64,000 nt of DNA, from positions 32,001 to 96,000 of the IMG/VR virus record IMGVR_UViG_2595698595_000001. One strand, written 5' to 3'. The notes under the pieces were generated by a model. The model was not told the DNA's origin. It saw only the letters and a list, made by a program, of their open reading frames with translations, and did no database searches. Made by a program: the position numbers and the translations under genes. This document shows, piece after piece, positions 27,151 through 36,438 of the stretch (position 1 is its first letter; each line of letters starts with the position of its first letter). Source of the stretch: a virus (taxonomy: Duplodnaviria > Caudoviricetes).

Positions 27151-28851
27151 ATGATACCATACCCTCATAATCGAACTAACGATAATTCTATTAATTTCCA
27201 ATTCAATCAGAAACAAGAACGAATAGTTTATTTTGACTTATCGTTTGAAGATAGTTCTGATTTATTAGAATCGATAGATTTGATTTTTGATATCAAAGAG
27301 TTAAATGTTCAAATTCATTACGGATATAGCTTAGATTCTGACAATTGGTCTCAGTTTTATATAGACTTTCAGTTATTCAAATCACATGTTAATGAACAGA
27401 TAAATCAAGGTTTCGAAACCTTTATTCGTATCAAAATTAAAGTCGATAAAGAAGATGAACGAAACTATAATGTTCTAGCTAACAATTATGATACAGTAAT
27501 GATCGAACAGATCGATATCAATTCTAAGAAAGCTAGAATATCAAAAATTGAAGTACCGTTTGCAGATAATAGTATAATCAAAAGAAAGACTACTAATCTT
27601 TGGAAGCCTTATAATGGTATGGAGAAAGCTACAAAGATTTGGAAAAACATATCTTACGCTATTAACAACGTCGTTGGATTCTATGTTTGGTATTTCAAAG
27701 TTCAATCAGATAAATCAAATAGATCGATTTCGTTAAAGTCTTATCGTTTAAAGAATGTTTCTGATTTAAAGAAAATCAAGATTTTAATACCTGATAATGA
27801 AATACCTGATAACGCTAATATCTTTTCTGAATACGGAATAACATTTAACGATGAAATGACTTTCCATATCTTAGATGAAGTGTTTATCGAAGCTTTTACT
27901 AAAGAAGCTGGAGGTCCACAACAACACGATTTCTTGTATTTCCCTCTTACTAATAGAATGTATGAAGTTAATAATGCTTATCCAGTTAAGGAATTCATGC
28001 AAGAGTATGTAAAGTGGCAAGTTAGTCTAGTGAAATATGAAAAGTCTGATATCGTTAATCTAAAAACTGAAGACGATGAAACTGTTAGTTTCGAAGAACA
28101 AATAAACGAATGGATAAACTTTCAGGATAAGAATCTAGAACAAGTTGAATCGTTCGAAGAAATACAGAAATCGACTCCAGATTATTACAACATGGATGTT
28201 CTTGAAGCTACTAGATCAGCTTTACATAAGGACTTAGAAATCATAGAATATCCAATGTACAATAAAACCGTTAAATTGTTTTCTAACTGGTATAGATTAA
28301 GTATGGTTCCGAAAGATGAACTAGCTGTATCATACAAAGCTAGAAATACTAAACCTGACAATATTTCGATATCGTTTTGGATGTATCAAGAAACTAGAAG
28401 TTCTAAACCATTGTTCAAAACGAAATCAGATAAAGGTAATTCTTGGTTAGACTTAGATTTTAAGCAAGGTAAGATAGTTCTATCGATAAATGGAGTATCG
28501 TTATTAACTTCAAACGTTTCTATAGAATCTAAGAAGAAATATTGTATTTGCGTTAACTGGTCTAATCAGTATCAATACTGTTCTATGATTATCATGGAAT
28601 ATGATGATTCTACAAGAAGTATTACTAATATCGATACTGAAACTGTTACTGTAAGAAACTATACAGAACTTTTGAATTCGATAGAAATATTTGGTGGTCA
28701 ACATCTTATTTCAGCAATGACTTTAAGAAAACGTACAATTGACGAAGCTAACGCTAAAGAATTGTTATTAACGACACAACCTAATTCAGATGATGTAATA
28801 TTTCATGATAAATGTGATACAGTTGGTTCTGATATTAGATCGAGATTGTAA
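27151..28851 (+). CDS. Neck/head-completion protein (T4 gp14-like core) with extra domains
   Basis: FSEYGI...F.I...F...PQQHDFLYFPLTNRMYEV resembles gp14; C-terminal ISISFW beta domain. Confidence 0.6.
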   Translation: MIPYPHNRTNDNSINFQFNQKQERIVYFDLSFEDSSDLLESIDLIFDIKELNVQIHYGYSLDSDNWSQFYIDFQLFKSHVNEQINQGFETFIRIKIKVDKEDERNYNVLANNYDTVMIEQIDINSKKARISKIEVPFADNSIIKRKTTNLWKPYNGMEKATKIWKNISYAINNVVGFYVWYFKVQSDKSNRSISLKSYRLKNVSDLKKIKILIPDNEIPDNANIFSEYGITFNDEMTFHILDEVFIEAFTKEAGGPQQHDFLYFPLTNRMYEVNNAYPVKEFMQEYVKWQVSLVKYEKSDIVNLKTEDDETVSFEEQINEWINFQDKNLEQVESFEEIQKSTPDYYNMDVLEATRSALHKDLEIIEYPMYNKTVKLFSNWYRLSMVPKDELAVSYKARNTKPDNISISFWMYQETRSSKPLFKTKSDKGNSWLDLDFKQGKIVLSINGVSLLTSNVSIESKKKYCICVNWSNQYQYCSMIIMEYDDSTRSITNIDTETVTVRNYTELLNSIEIFGGQHLISAMTLRKRTIDEANAKELLLTTQPNSDDVIFHDKCDTVGSDIRSRL

Positions 28852-28899
28852 TTTTATACATATTTTGGAAACAATTAAGAACGATACAAAAACTTAAAA

Positions 28900-29646
28900 A
28901 TGGCTAGAAAATATAAAGACGGAGACAATTTCGATACTGAGTACGGGGGATTATACGAAAACGAATTAGATGAATTAGCTAAATCTACACATAACGATCA
29001 ATTAGCTTCTTACAAACCTTTGAATATCGATACTGAAAATACTGTAATCAAGAACAAATCTAAAACGTTTGTTAACAGTATCGTTAAGATGTATTACAAG
29101 TTCAATGATGAAATCGAAGGATTGTATTACAACGAAGAAGATAAAGCTGAGGAAAACATGCTCAAGGAAATAGTAGCATCTATTGCGAATATTGAAGCTG
29201 ATAACCTAGATATCTTACTTAAACAAGTTAAATGGTCTTCGCATTTAGTTGAGACTTTAATGAGGCGATTAGAAACTGGTGGTAACATGGACCCAGATTT
29301 AATAGAACAAATCATGAAGGCTCAACAATCAGCATTGAATCTAACGTTAACTATATCTTCACATGTTCGTAATATTCCAACGTTCTTTAAACATCTTCAA
29401 AATGATATAATGAATAACGGTAATTCTGTAATGGATAATATGTTACCAATTCATGAATCTGGTGGTATGTTACAATTAGCTGAAGCTAGTGAAGTTCATG
29501 AAGCTATTTCAGAACCTTCGGAATTCGATATAGCTAAACCTCAACGTGGTATGAAGGATTTGATAGCTCAAGTTAACAAAGCTAAAGCTGAAGCTAGAAA
29601 AGAACATGGTGATGAAATAGATTTCGAAGATATTAAAAACGATTAA
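28900..29646 (+). CDS. Late helical protein (possible terminase small subunit)
   Basis: TATACATA at 28855; helical/acidic; function inferred from context only. Confidence 0.45.
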   Translation: MARKYKDGDNFDTEYGGLYENELDELAKSTHNDQLASYKPLNIDTENTVIKNKSKTFVNSIVKMYYKFNDEIEGLYYNEEDKAEENMLKEIVASIANIEADNLDILLKQVKWSSHLVETLMRRLETGGNMDPDLIEQIMKAQQSALNLTLTISSHVRNIPTFFKHLQNDIMNNGNSVMDNMLPIHESGGMLQLAEASEVHEAISEPSEFDIAKPQRGMKDLIAQVNKAKAEARKEHGDEIDFEDIKND

Positions 29647-29731
29647 AACGATTATACATATTCAAACATAAATTAGTAAACAACGTTGTAAGTATTACAT
29701 ACTGCTTACAGCATAACAACAAATAAAATCA

Positions 29732-32512
29732 ATGACAAATTTAGCAACTCAATTAGCACAAATTCAATTGATGGGGGCTGGTGTTTATCAATTAGTTGAT
29801 GACACTAATACACAGTTACCTCCTATCGCATCGAATGCTAGATTACGTTTCATTCCAATAAACATGAAACGTGGACCTATTAACTCGATCGTTTATTTTG
29901 AACAACGAGATTTCCAAGGTTTTAAAGATGTATTCGGTGACATTACTCGTAAAGATGAACGTCAAGGTAATTTCTCAGTTCGTACTTGTTTACAAGCTTT
30001 AGAAAATGGTCCAATTGTTGTTATGAACTTACGTAAGTTCGAAGCTGATACAGATAAGACAGAATTCCAAGGTCTTACTACAATGCTTACAACTCAATTA
30101 GTCGATCAAAACGATTCGAAAGCTAACGAAATCGAATTTTCAAAAATGTTCACTACTGACAGATTATGGACACCGAAACCTGAAGCATTATTAAACGTTA
30201 CTGATAGTAACTTGTTTATGATAGCAAATATTGGTTCTAAAAATCTTTCAGTTTTTGCAAGACGTTCACAAAATGCTGGATATCGTCAAACGATAGCAAA
30301 TTACTACAGTAATCAAAACCGTCCAGTTCCAGAATATTTGAATCCTCAGGATTTAATGATCGATACAATGGTTGAAATATTCGTATTTAATACCGATTTT
30401 TCTGACCCTGTTAAAAATCAAGCTTCTGAAACTTATGGACAATTCTTCGACGCTAACGGTTTAGTTCAAGAATATGTTACTAACACTGGTAATTTCGATG
30501 CATTACAATTACTTACGACTATAACAGAAGCTGGATTTGTTCAACGTTTCGAGGGTTCATTGATTCCAGGATCATTAGATGCTAACAAAAATCCTTTCTA
30601 TATTGAAGAACTTGTTAACGCTTCAGCTTTAGTAACTGGATTAATGTTGAAAGTCAATGATATAGCTTACGAAAACTATTCAGATTTCGAACCAGAATTC
30701 GATGCTAATGATGAACCAGTTTACGAAAATAACGCTTCTAAACGTCCATATCCAATCGATCTAGTCGGTCAAAACTTATTTGATATTGATGGTACTGGTT
30801 CGGTTGATGAAACTAAACTTACACCTACTATCAAAACTCTATCATATGATGGATATACTTTGACTAAAGGTGAAATTAAACGTAACACTGGTCAAGAATT
30901 AAGTTACGATTTAAGTGAATTCAATAGTGATGTTCTTAAAGTTCCTGTTTATACTGATGCTACAGTTTTCACAGCTGATCAATCTACTTTGATCTTACCT
31001 GATATGATTCCTGTAAACATCGGTGATAAATACATTGCAGTAAATGGTAACCTTTGTACAGTATTCGATATTAAGAACTATGGTTCTGTAAAAACTTTGA
31101 AAGGTCTTGGAACTCCTGGATTGGCTATTCAAGCTGATGGTACAGAATTCCCTAAGAACCCTCAAGGTCTTTACATCTATCCAGCAGGTTCATCTAAAGC
31201 TGGTGATTTAGTAACATTCGGTACTAATGGTTTACCTGAAGACGCTGATACTTCTGATGAAATTCCAGTTCCAACTTTAACTGAAGCACAATTCGAAACA
31301 TTATATACTAAATACGGTGCTCTTATCAACTTCTTAAAAGTTAGATTCGATGGTTTCGTTGAGAATGGTTACAATACACCTGCTACAGAAACTATAGAAG
31401 TTGTTAAATCTGATGACAATACTGAAGTTGAATTGAAAGAATCACGTGCATTCTTGTTACGTTCCGCAACTAATAAGGCTTCTTTGAAATCATTCAAATT
31501 AAAACCTTACAAAGCTAGACCTAGTCAGTTTACTAACGGTACTAACGAAAATCAAAAAGATGTATTATCAGTTTTAGGAATTCCTGGAATCGTTGCTGGT
31601 TTGAAAGCTATTCAAGAATCTGGAGTAATGAAATTCAGATATATTGTTGACGCATTCAAAACTTACATCGAACCAAATGCTAAATCTGAATTGGCTACTT
31701 TAGCACATCAAACTAATTCTAGAGCGATAGCTAACATGCCATTTATGAAAGACTTTAGTGATTCTAAAAATCCATATTTCAGAAACACTCCTCAGTCTGA
31801 TTTAGATTTATCGTTCATTCCTAAAGGTGGTAACAGAAATATAGCTTCTAACAATACGTTCTCTTTACCTAAAGATTACGCCGATAAGATTTGGTTCTTC
31901 GGACCTGGATTGAAAGCTAATCATTATGGTACAACTGTTATCGTTCCACCTGCTGGAGCTGTATCAAAAGCGTTTGTTAACAAGTTTATAGCTGGTCAAC
32001 CTTACGATACTGTTGCTAACACCACTGGTTTATTCGCAGTTGATTCGGTAGCTGACGTTGAATATCCATTAACTAAGGAAGAAACTGGACCTCTTGAGAA
32101 ATTCGGTTACAATCCAATCGTTAACGATTCACGTTTAGGTTTGAAAATCTATGGTGATTTCACAGCTAAGAATGATGTAATAACTGATTTATCTAAGATT
32201 CATATTTCTGAGCTAGTTCTTACAATTCAGGAAGAATTCGAAGCTATATTACGTAGTTATCCATTCAAAGCTAATAACCTCGGTAATCGCTTGAAATTGA
32301 AAACTGAAGCTGATCGTATCATGCAACGTATTCAAGATAATGGTGGTGTCGTTTGGTATTTGAATATCTGTGACGAATCTAACAATACTCAGGACATTAT
32401 AAATCGTGACCTTGGTATTATCGAAACTCATATCCAAGCTACTAAAAATGGTGAAAAATGGGTACATGTACTTACATTACACAATAACTTACCATCTTTC
32501 GAAATAAGATAG
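29732..32512 (+). CDS. Contractile tail sheath protein
   Basis: GAGVY, KRGPIN, VPPAGAVS, GYNPI, IYGDFT, LSKIHISELV, ICDESNNTQDII. Confidence 0.93.
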   Translation: MTNLATQLAQIQLMGAGVYQLVDDTNTQLPPIASNARLRFIPINMKRGPINSIVYFEQRDFQGFKDVFGDITRKDERQGNFSVRTCLQALENGPIVVMNLRKFEADTDKTEFQGLTTMLTTQLVDQNDSKANEIEFSKMFTTDRLWTPKPEALLNVTDSNLFMIANIGSKNLSVFARRSQNAGYRQTIANYYSNQNRPVPEYLNPQDLMIDTMVEIFVFNTDFSDPVKNQASETYGQFFDANGLVQEYVTNTGNFDALQLLTTITEAGFVQRFEGSLIPGSLDANKNPFYIEELVNASALVTGLMLKVNDIAYENYSDFEPEFDANDEPVYENNASKRPYPIDLVGQNLFDIDGTGSVDETKLTPTIKTLSYDGYTLTKGEIKRNTGQELSYDLSEFNSDVLKVPVYTDATVFTADQSTLILPDMIPVNIGDKYIAVNGNLCTVFDIKNYGSVKTLKGLGTPGLAIQADGTEFPKNPQGLYIYPAGSSKAGDLVTFGTNGLPEDADTSDEIPVPTLTEAQFETLYTKYGALINFLKVRFDGFVENGYNTPATETIEVVKSDDNTEVELKESRAFLLRSATNKASLKSFKLKPYKARPSQFTNGTNENQKDVLSVLGIPGIVAGLKAIQESGVMKFRYIVDAFKTYIEPNAKSELATLAHQTNSRAIANMPFMKDFSDSKNPYFRNTPQSDLDLSFIPKGGNRNIASNNTFSLPKDYADKIWFFGPGLKANHYGTTVIVPPAGAVSKAFVNKFIAGQPYDTVANTTGLFAVDSVADVEYPLTKEETGPLEKFGYNPIVNDSRLGLKIYGDFTAKNDVITDLSKIHISELVLTIQEEFEAILRSYPFKANNLGNRLKLKTEADRIMQRIQDNGGVVWYLNICDESNNTQDIINRDLGIIETHIQATKNGEKWVHVLTLHNNLPSFEIR

Positions 32513-32521
32513 TAAGCATTT

Positions 32522-32562
32522 CATGAATGGGATATTTTTATCCCATTCATGTTTTATACATA
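32522..32562 (+). terminator. Terminator fused to TATACATA late promoter
   Basis: catgaatgggata-tttt-tatcccattcatg then ttttatacata. Confidence 0.75.
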
Positions 32563-32614
32563 CAAAAAGGAAACACCTAATATCTTACGTAAGCATTAGG
32601 AATTAATTCGCATT

Positions 32615-33715
32615 ATGAAAAAATTAAGTACTACATTAAAACAATCTTCAAAAGCTTTAAATGAATCTGCAATCGATTCTAAAGAGTCGTTTTTCAGATT
32701 TGGTATGACAGCATTATCTATGAGCAAGGGTGCTGATTATACCGATGAAGATTCTCATTTAATTCTTACAAACATTTATGAATCTTCCTATCCGAATTAT
32801 TCAGAAATGATTCAAGAATTAACTAAAATCGTTATGACTGATTCTCAGAAATCTAAGAAAGCTGGAAAATTAATTACTGAGATTTTCACAGACTTAGCTA
32901 ACAATCCTAACGTTTCTTCATTTTATCATAAATTATCGCAAGCGATGTCTTACGACACTATCGCTACTGTCGAATGCTATGTTAATAATCTTGCTTTAAT
33001 TTCAGAACAAATAAACGTAACTGACATAGACCTAACCAAATATCTGACACCAACATGTCCAGATATTCAACCAGTCATTGAAATGATTTGTTCACCTACA
33101 CATGCTATGCAGGTTGTTGAATCAGCTTTATTATTGTATTCTTACATTTTAGCTAACAATACACCTGATATAGATTTAGGTAGTTTCAAACAATTTTATA
33201 CAGATATCATACAAGTATATAACGAATTCAAAACATCATTCGAGGTATATTCTTACGATATTACAACAGCTAAGAATTTCTTTCAAACTACGTTATCTTT
33301 CAAAGACCCTACATTTTACCTATCGGCTGATAAACTAGAAACTAACGTATCAGAAAGTATGATACCTTTGTTTTTAGGATCGTTCATGAATATCTTTTGG
33401 GAAGGATATTTAGTTAACAGTGAACAATTGATTCGTAGAGTTGATGTGAACGTATTACATAAATTCGAAAATACTTTCACAGGTTTTCTTAAGCTTAACA
33501 AATTATTTGTTAACGAATTATTCAGATTAGATCAGAATAATTTATCGTCAACAAGATTAAAACAATTGTATTATCTAGGACTTCAATTAGCTGCAAAAGT
33601 TAAAGACATGTCAACTAGAAGACTATACATGGATTTCTTAAATGTTTCGAAAGATGTTATTGATGAACTTACAGTAATCGAATCACGTCTTAATGGAATT
33701 TTAAGTACAAGATAA
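32615..33715 (+). CDS. Late hypothetical protein
   Basis: 366-aa ORF between sheath and tube with own TATACATA. Confidence 0.7.
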   Translation: MKKLSTTLKQSSKALNESAIDSKESFFRFGMTALSMSKGADYTDEDSHLILTNIYESSYPNYSEMIQELTKIVMTDSQKSKKAGKLITEIFTDLANNPNVSSFYHKLSQAMSYDTIATVECYVNNLALISEQINVTDIDLTKYLTPTCPDIQPVIEMICSPTHAMQVVESALLLYSYILANNTPDIDLGSFKQFYTDIIQVYNEFKTSFEVYSYDITTAKNFFQTTLSFKDPTFYLSADKLETNVSESMIPLFLGSFMNIFWEGYLVNSEQLIRRVDVNVLHKFENTFTGFLKLNKLFVNELFRLDQNNLSSTRLKQLYYLGLQLAAKVKDMSTRRLYMDFLNVSKDVIDELTVIESRLNGILSTR

Positions 33716-33748
33716 TTTATACATACAATATTAAAACATATTATACAC

Positions 33749-34303
33749 ATGAAACTACCACATACTAGAAATTCGGCTGCAGGTTCAAATATGTATGAAC
33801 CAGTTGTAGCATCGCAATTCGCAGCCTACATATTTCCAGCTGCGGGTGTTACTAATGATCCTTTGATTTTACAAGATCATATTCGTAATGTCGTTGGACT
33901 GTTCGAAGATAAAACAGGTGATAACGTTATTACACAAAAGTTCCAAACTGCTACACGTACTTATGATAGCAATGATAAAGGTGATACAAGTTATACCTTT
34001 ACTATTACTTTCACTTTGAACTTAAATGATGCAAATCAAAACTACGTTTACAAGATCATACGTGATTGGGCTCGTAAGAAATACAATCCGTTAACCGGTG
34101 AACGTGGATTAAAACGTGATTATGTTGGAACAATAGTTGTTCAAAAACATGACAGGGTTGGAAATATCTTCCATACTCGTACAGCTATTCAATGTTTCCC
34201 TAACAGTAACATTCCAGATTTAACGAATGATTACGATAACCATGAAGCTCAAGAAATTGATATCCAATTCGTAGCTGACTGGGTAGATGAAACAGAATTG
34301 TAA
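33749..34303 (+). CDS. Tail tube protein (T4 gp19-like)
   Basis: YEP..SQF, FTITF, W....YNPLTG..GLKRDY, CFP, F.ADW; size and position. Confidence 0.85.
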   Translation: MKLPHTRNSAAGSNMYEPVVASQFAAYIFPAAGVTNDPLILQDHIRNVVGLFEDKTGDNVITQKFQTATRTYDSNDKGDTSYTFTITFTLNLNDANQNYVYKIIRDWARKKYNPLTGERGLKRDYVGTIVVQKHDRVGNIFHTRTAIQCFPNSNIPDLTNDYDNHEAQEIDIQFVADWVDETEL

Positions 34304-34353
34304 GAATTAGTAAAATACAAATGGAATCATCTTACTCTTAATAAGATGATTCC
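34292..34353 (+). promoter_or_regulatory. AAC-N14 box followed by 12-bp hairpin
   Basis: aaac-agaattgtaagaat-tagtaaaat; ggaatcatctta-ctcttaa-taagatgattcc. Confidence 0.5.
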
Positions 34354-34375
34354 TAAATAATATTCAAAGAAACAA

Positions 34376-35323
34376 ATGACTAAAAAGAAAGAATCAACCG
34401 AAGAATTACAGATGCAAGCTTTGGAAGCTTTGGAAGCTGTTAAAAATCTTGGAAAAATCGAAACTCCGAAAGCACCAGAAGTAAGTGACATAGTGAAAAT
34501 CACTTTAGGTGAACATATGCTAGACTTGTCAGAACTTAGCTATGATGGTGCATTTTATCCAGAAGGTACTGTAATCAAATATCGCGCTGCTGATACTAGA
34601 GAAATCAAACATTTCTCGATGGTTAATGAAAACTCTCCAATCGCTGTAGATGACGCAATGAAGCAATTGATTAATTCATGTGTTTCTATCTATAACGAAA
34701 AAGGTAAGAAATTAGCGTTTACTAATCTACAAGCTGTTGATAGATTTATCTTCGCTTTAAAAGTTCGTGAAGCTACTTACGCAAATCCCGAATCGAAATT
34801 AACTTACGATGTTAGTTGTCCATGTGGTGAAAGTAAATTCAAAATCGAATTGACTACCGACAAAATTGTTAAACCTGAATTTAACGAATTCCAGAAACAA
34901 CATTACAAGGAACATCTTAGAGCTTTCGAAATCGTATCTAAAACTTTTGGGTCTATCATAGTCGAACCGTTAACATTATATCGTGAAAATCTTTATCGTG
35001 AATACGCTTTAGGATTAGCAGAAAAAGGTCAAGCGATCGATACATTGTTTTCTGAACTGTATTGGTTACTAGTTAATTCAAGTAATCAGTATGACAAAGA
35101 TATCATGGAAAATACTTTCTATCGTTATCAAAAGATGGATAAATACGAATTGGCTTTCTATGTTGAAGCTAACAAACGTTTAAAACTTGAACCAATCAAT
35201 CAGATAAAAGACAATTGTCAAAATAGCTCTTGTAGCCGGGAGGTCTACCATGATATTGTGTTTCCCGACGGAATCAAATATCTTTTCGTTGATACAGCTT
35301 CCGTCGCTTCGGAATTTTCTTAA
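34376..35323 (+). CDS. Baseplate hub / tail assembly chaperone (T4 gp26-like)
   Basis: LS..G.FY...IKYR....EIK, L..VDR...L.VR..TY, CPCG and C-terminal C...C; follows tube gene. Confidence 0.7.
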   Translation: MTKKKESTEELQMQALEALEAVKNLGKIETPKAPEVSDIVKITLGEHMLDLSELSYDGAFYPEGTVIKYRAADTREIKHFSMVNENSPIAVDDAMKQLINSCVSIYNEKGKKLAFTNLQAVDRFIFALKVREATYANPESKLTYDVSCPCGESKFKIELTTDKIVKPEFNEFQKQHYKEHLRAFEIVSKTFGSIIVEPLTLYRENLYREYALGLAEKGQAIDTLFSELYWLLVNSSNQYDKDIMENTFYRYQKMDKYELAFYVEANKRLKLEPINQIKDNCQNSSCSREVYHDIVFPDGIKYLFVDTASVASEFS

Positions 35324-35540
35324 GGAGCGTATGATGCTTCAAAAACATTTAGGAGTCCCTCCAGATTCACTGGACGGGCTTCCGTTTTATGAAGTTCAAT
35401 ACATGATAGAAGACTTACATGAACATTTAAAAGAGGAAGCTAAAGAAAACGAAAGACAAGCTGAGGAATCTAAACGTCAACAAGCAGCTATGAAACTTCC
35501 GAAACCTAGACCTAGTACAATACCAAAAATGAAACGATAA
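35289..35540 (+). CDS. Tail assembly chaperone second part (gp51-like); start uncertain or frameshift product
   Basis: SLRNFLK...LQKH...LDGLPFYE...L..HLKEE; +1 frame overlapping previous gene. Confidence 0.6.
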   Translation: MIQLPSLRNFLKERMMLQKHLGVPPDSLDGLPFYEVQYMIEDLHEHLKEEAKENERQAEESKRQQAAMKLPKPRPSTIPKMKR

Positions 35541-35543
35541 CAA

Positions 35544-35984
35544 ATGGACATATTGATTGACTTCGACGGTACATGTGTAACACATGATTTTCCAAACGTC
35601 GGTAAAGATATTGGAGCTAAAAGAGTTCTTAAGAAATTAGTTGACAATGGACACAGATTGATACTGTTTACTATGCGTTCAGATGTTGAAAATCCTACAT
35701 CAGAAGATACTAATATTCTTTGTAAAGGTGGAAATTATCTAACTGATGCTGTAAATTGGTTTAAAGAAAATGATATACCTCTTTACGGAATCAATACTAA
35801 TCCTACTCAGAAATCTTGGACTCATTCTCCTAAAGCTTACGGTCAATTAATAATCGACGATATTGGATTAGGTATTCCTTTAGTTTATGATAAAGATATA
35901 TCAGATAGACCATTCGTAGATTGGATCAAAATCGAATATATGTTAATCGATATGGGAATCATAAAATTTATAGAATTTAGTTGA
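35544..35984 (+). CDS. HAD-superfamily phosphatase (BT0820-like)
   Basis: IDFDGTCV, LILFTMR, SPKAY, IIDD. Confidence 0.85.
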   Translation: MDILIDFDGTCVTHDFPNVGKDIGAKRVLKKLVDNGHRLILFTMRSDVENPTSEDTNILCKGGNYLTDAVNWFKENDIPLYGINTNPTQKSWTHSPKAYGQLIIDDIGLGIPLVYDKDISDRPFVDWIKIEYMLIDMGIIKFIEFS

Positions 35985-36010
35985 TATACATATAAAAATA
36001 CTTAATCAAA

Positions 36011-36319
36011 ATGCGAAAAATGAATAGGAGCGAACTTTACTTTAGATTGAACACAGCTTTAAAAGGCGTTGTTACAACTAGAGGTATTTCATATAGCGTT
36101 AATGTTTTTAACGATAATACTGGAATAGTTCAAGTAAACGTTTCTATTAGTAATATGCGAGCATCAGTTTTAGCTTGCGTTAAAGAAAATGATGACGGGA
36201 CATGGTCAGTATCAGATAATAGCTATACGATAGTTGTTGATAACTTAAATCAAGTTGGAAGCACTATAATTCGTATGGTTACAAAAATTCGTACTCTACG
36301 CTCAAGAATTAACACGTAA
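36011..36319 (+). CDS. Late small basic protein
   Basis: 102-aa ORF with TATACATA at 35985 and downstream terminator. Confidence 0.6.
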   Translation: MRKMNRSELYFRLNTALKGVVTTRGISYSVNVFNDNTGIVQVNVSISNMRASVLACVKENDDGTWSVSDNSYTIVVDNLNQVGSTIIRMVTKIRTLRSRINT

Positions 36320-36375
36320 TTATTACGTTAACGAAACTTGGTCTGGTCAACCTCGTCAAATGTTTCTTTGTTTCT

Positions 36376-36421
36376 ACCGGTTATGATGTGATATCGTAAC
36401 CGGTTTTTTAGTTTATACATA
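36376..36421 (+). terminator. Terminator fused to TATACATA late promoter
   Basis: accggttatgat-gtgat-atcgtaaccggt-ttttt-agtt-tatacata. Confidence 0.75.
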
Positions 36422-36438
36422 TTTCATAAAACAATTAT

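Noticed and set aside
36320-36410. tRNA or known riboswitch
   Set aside because: No cloverleaf, T-loop or recognisable aptamer; only a terminator is supported
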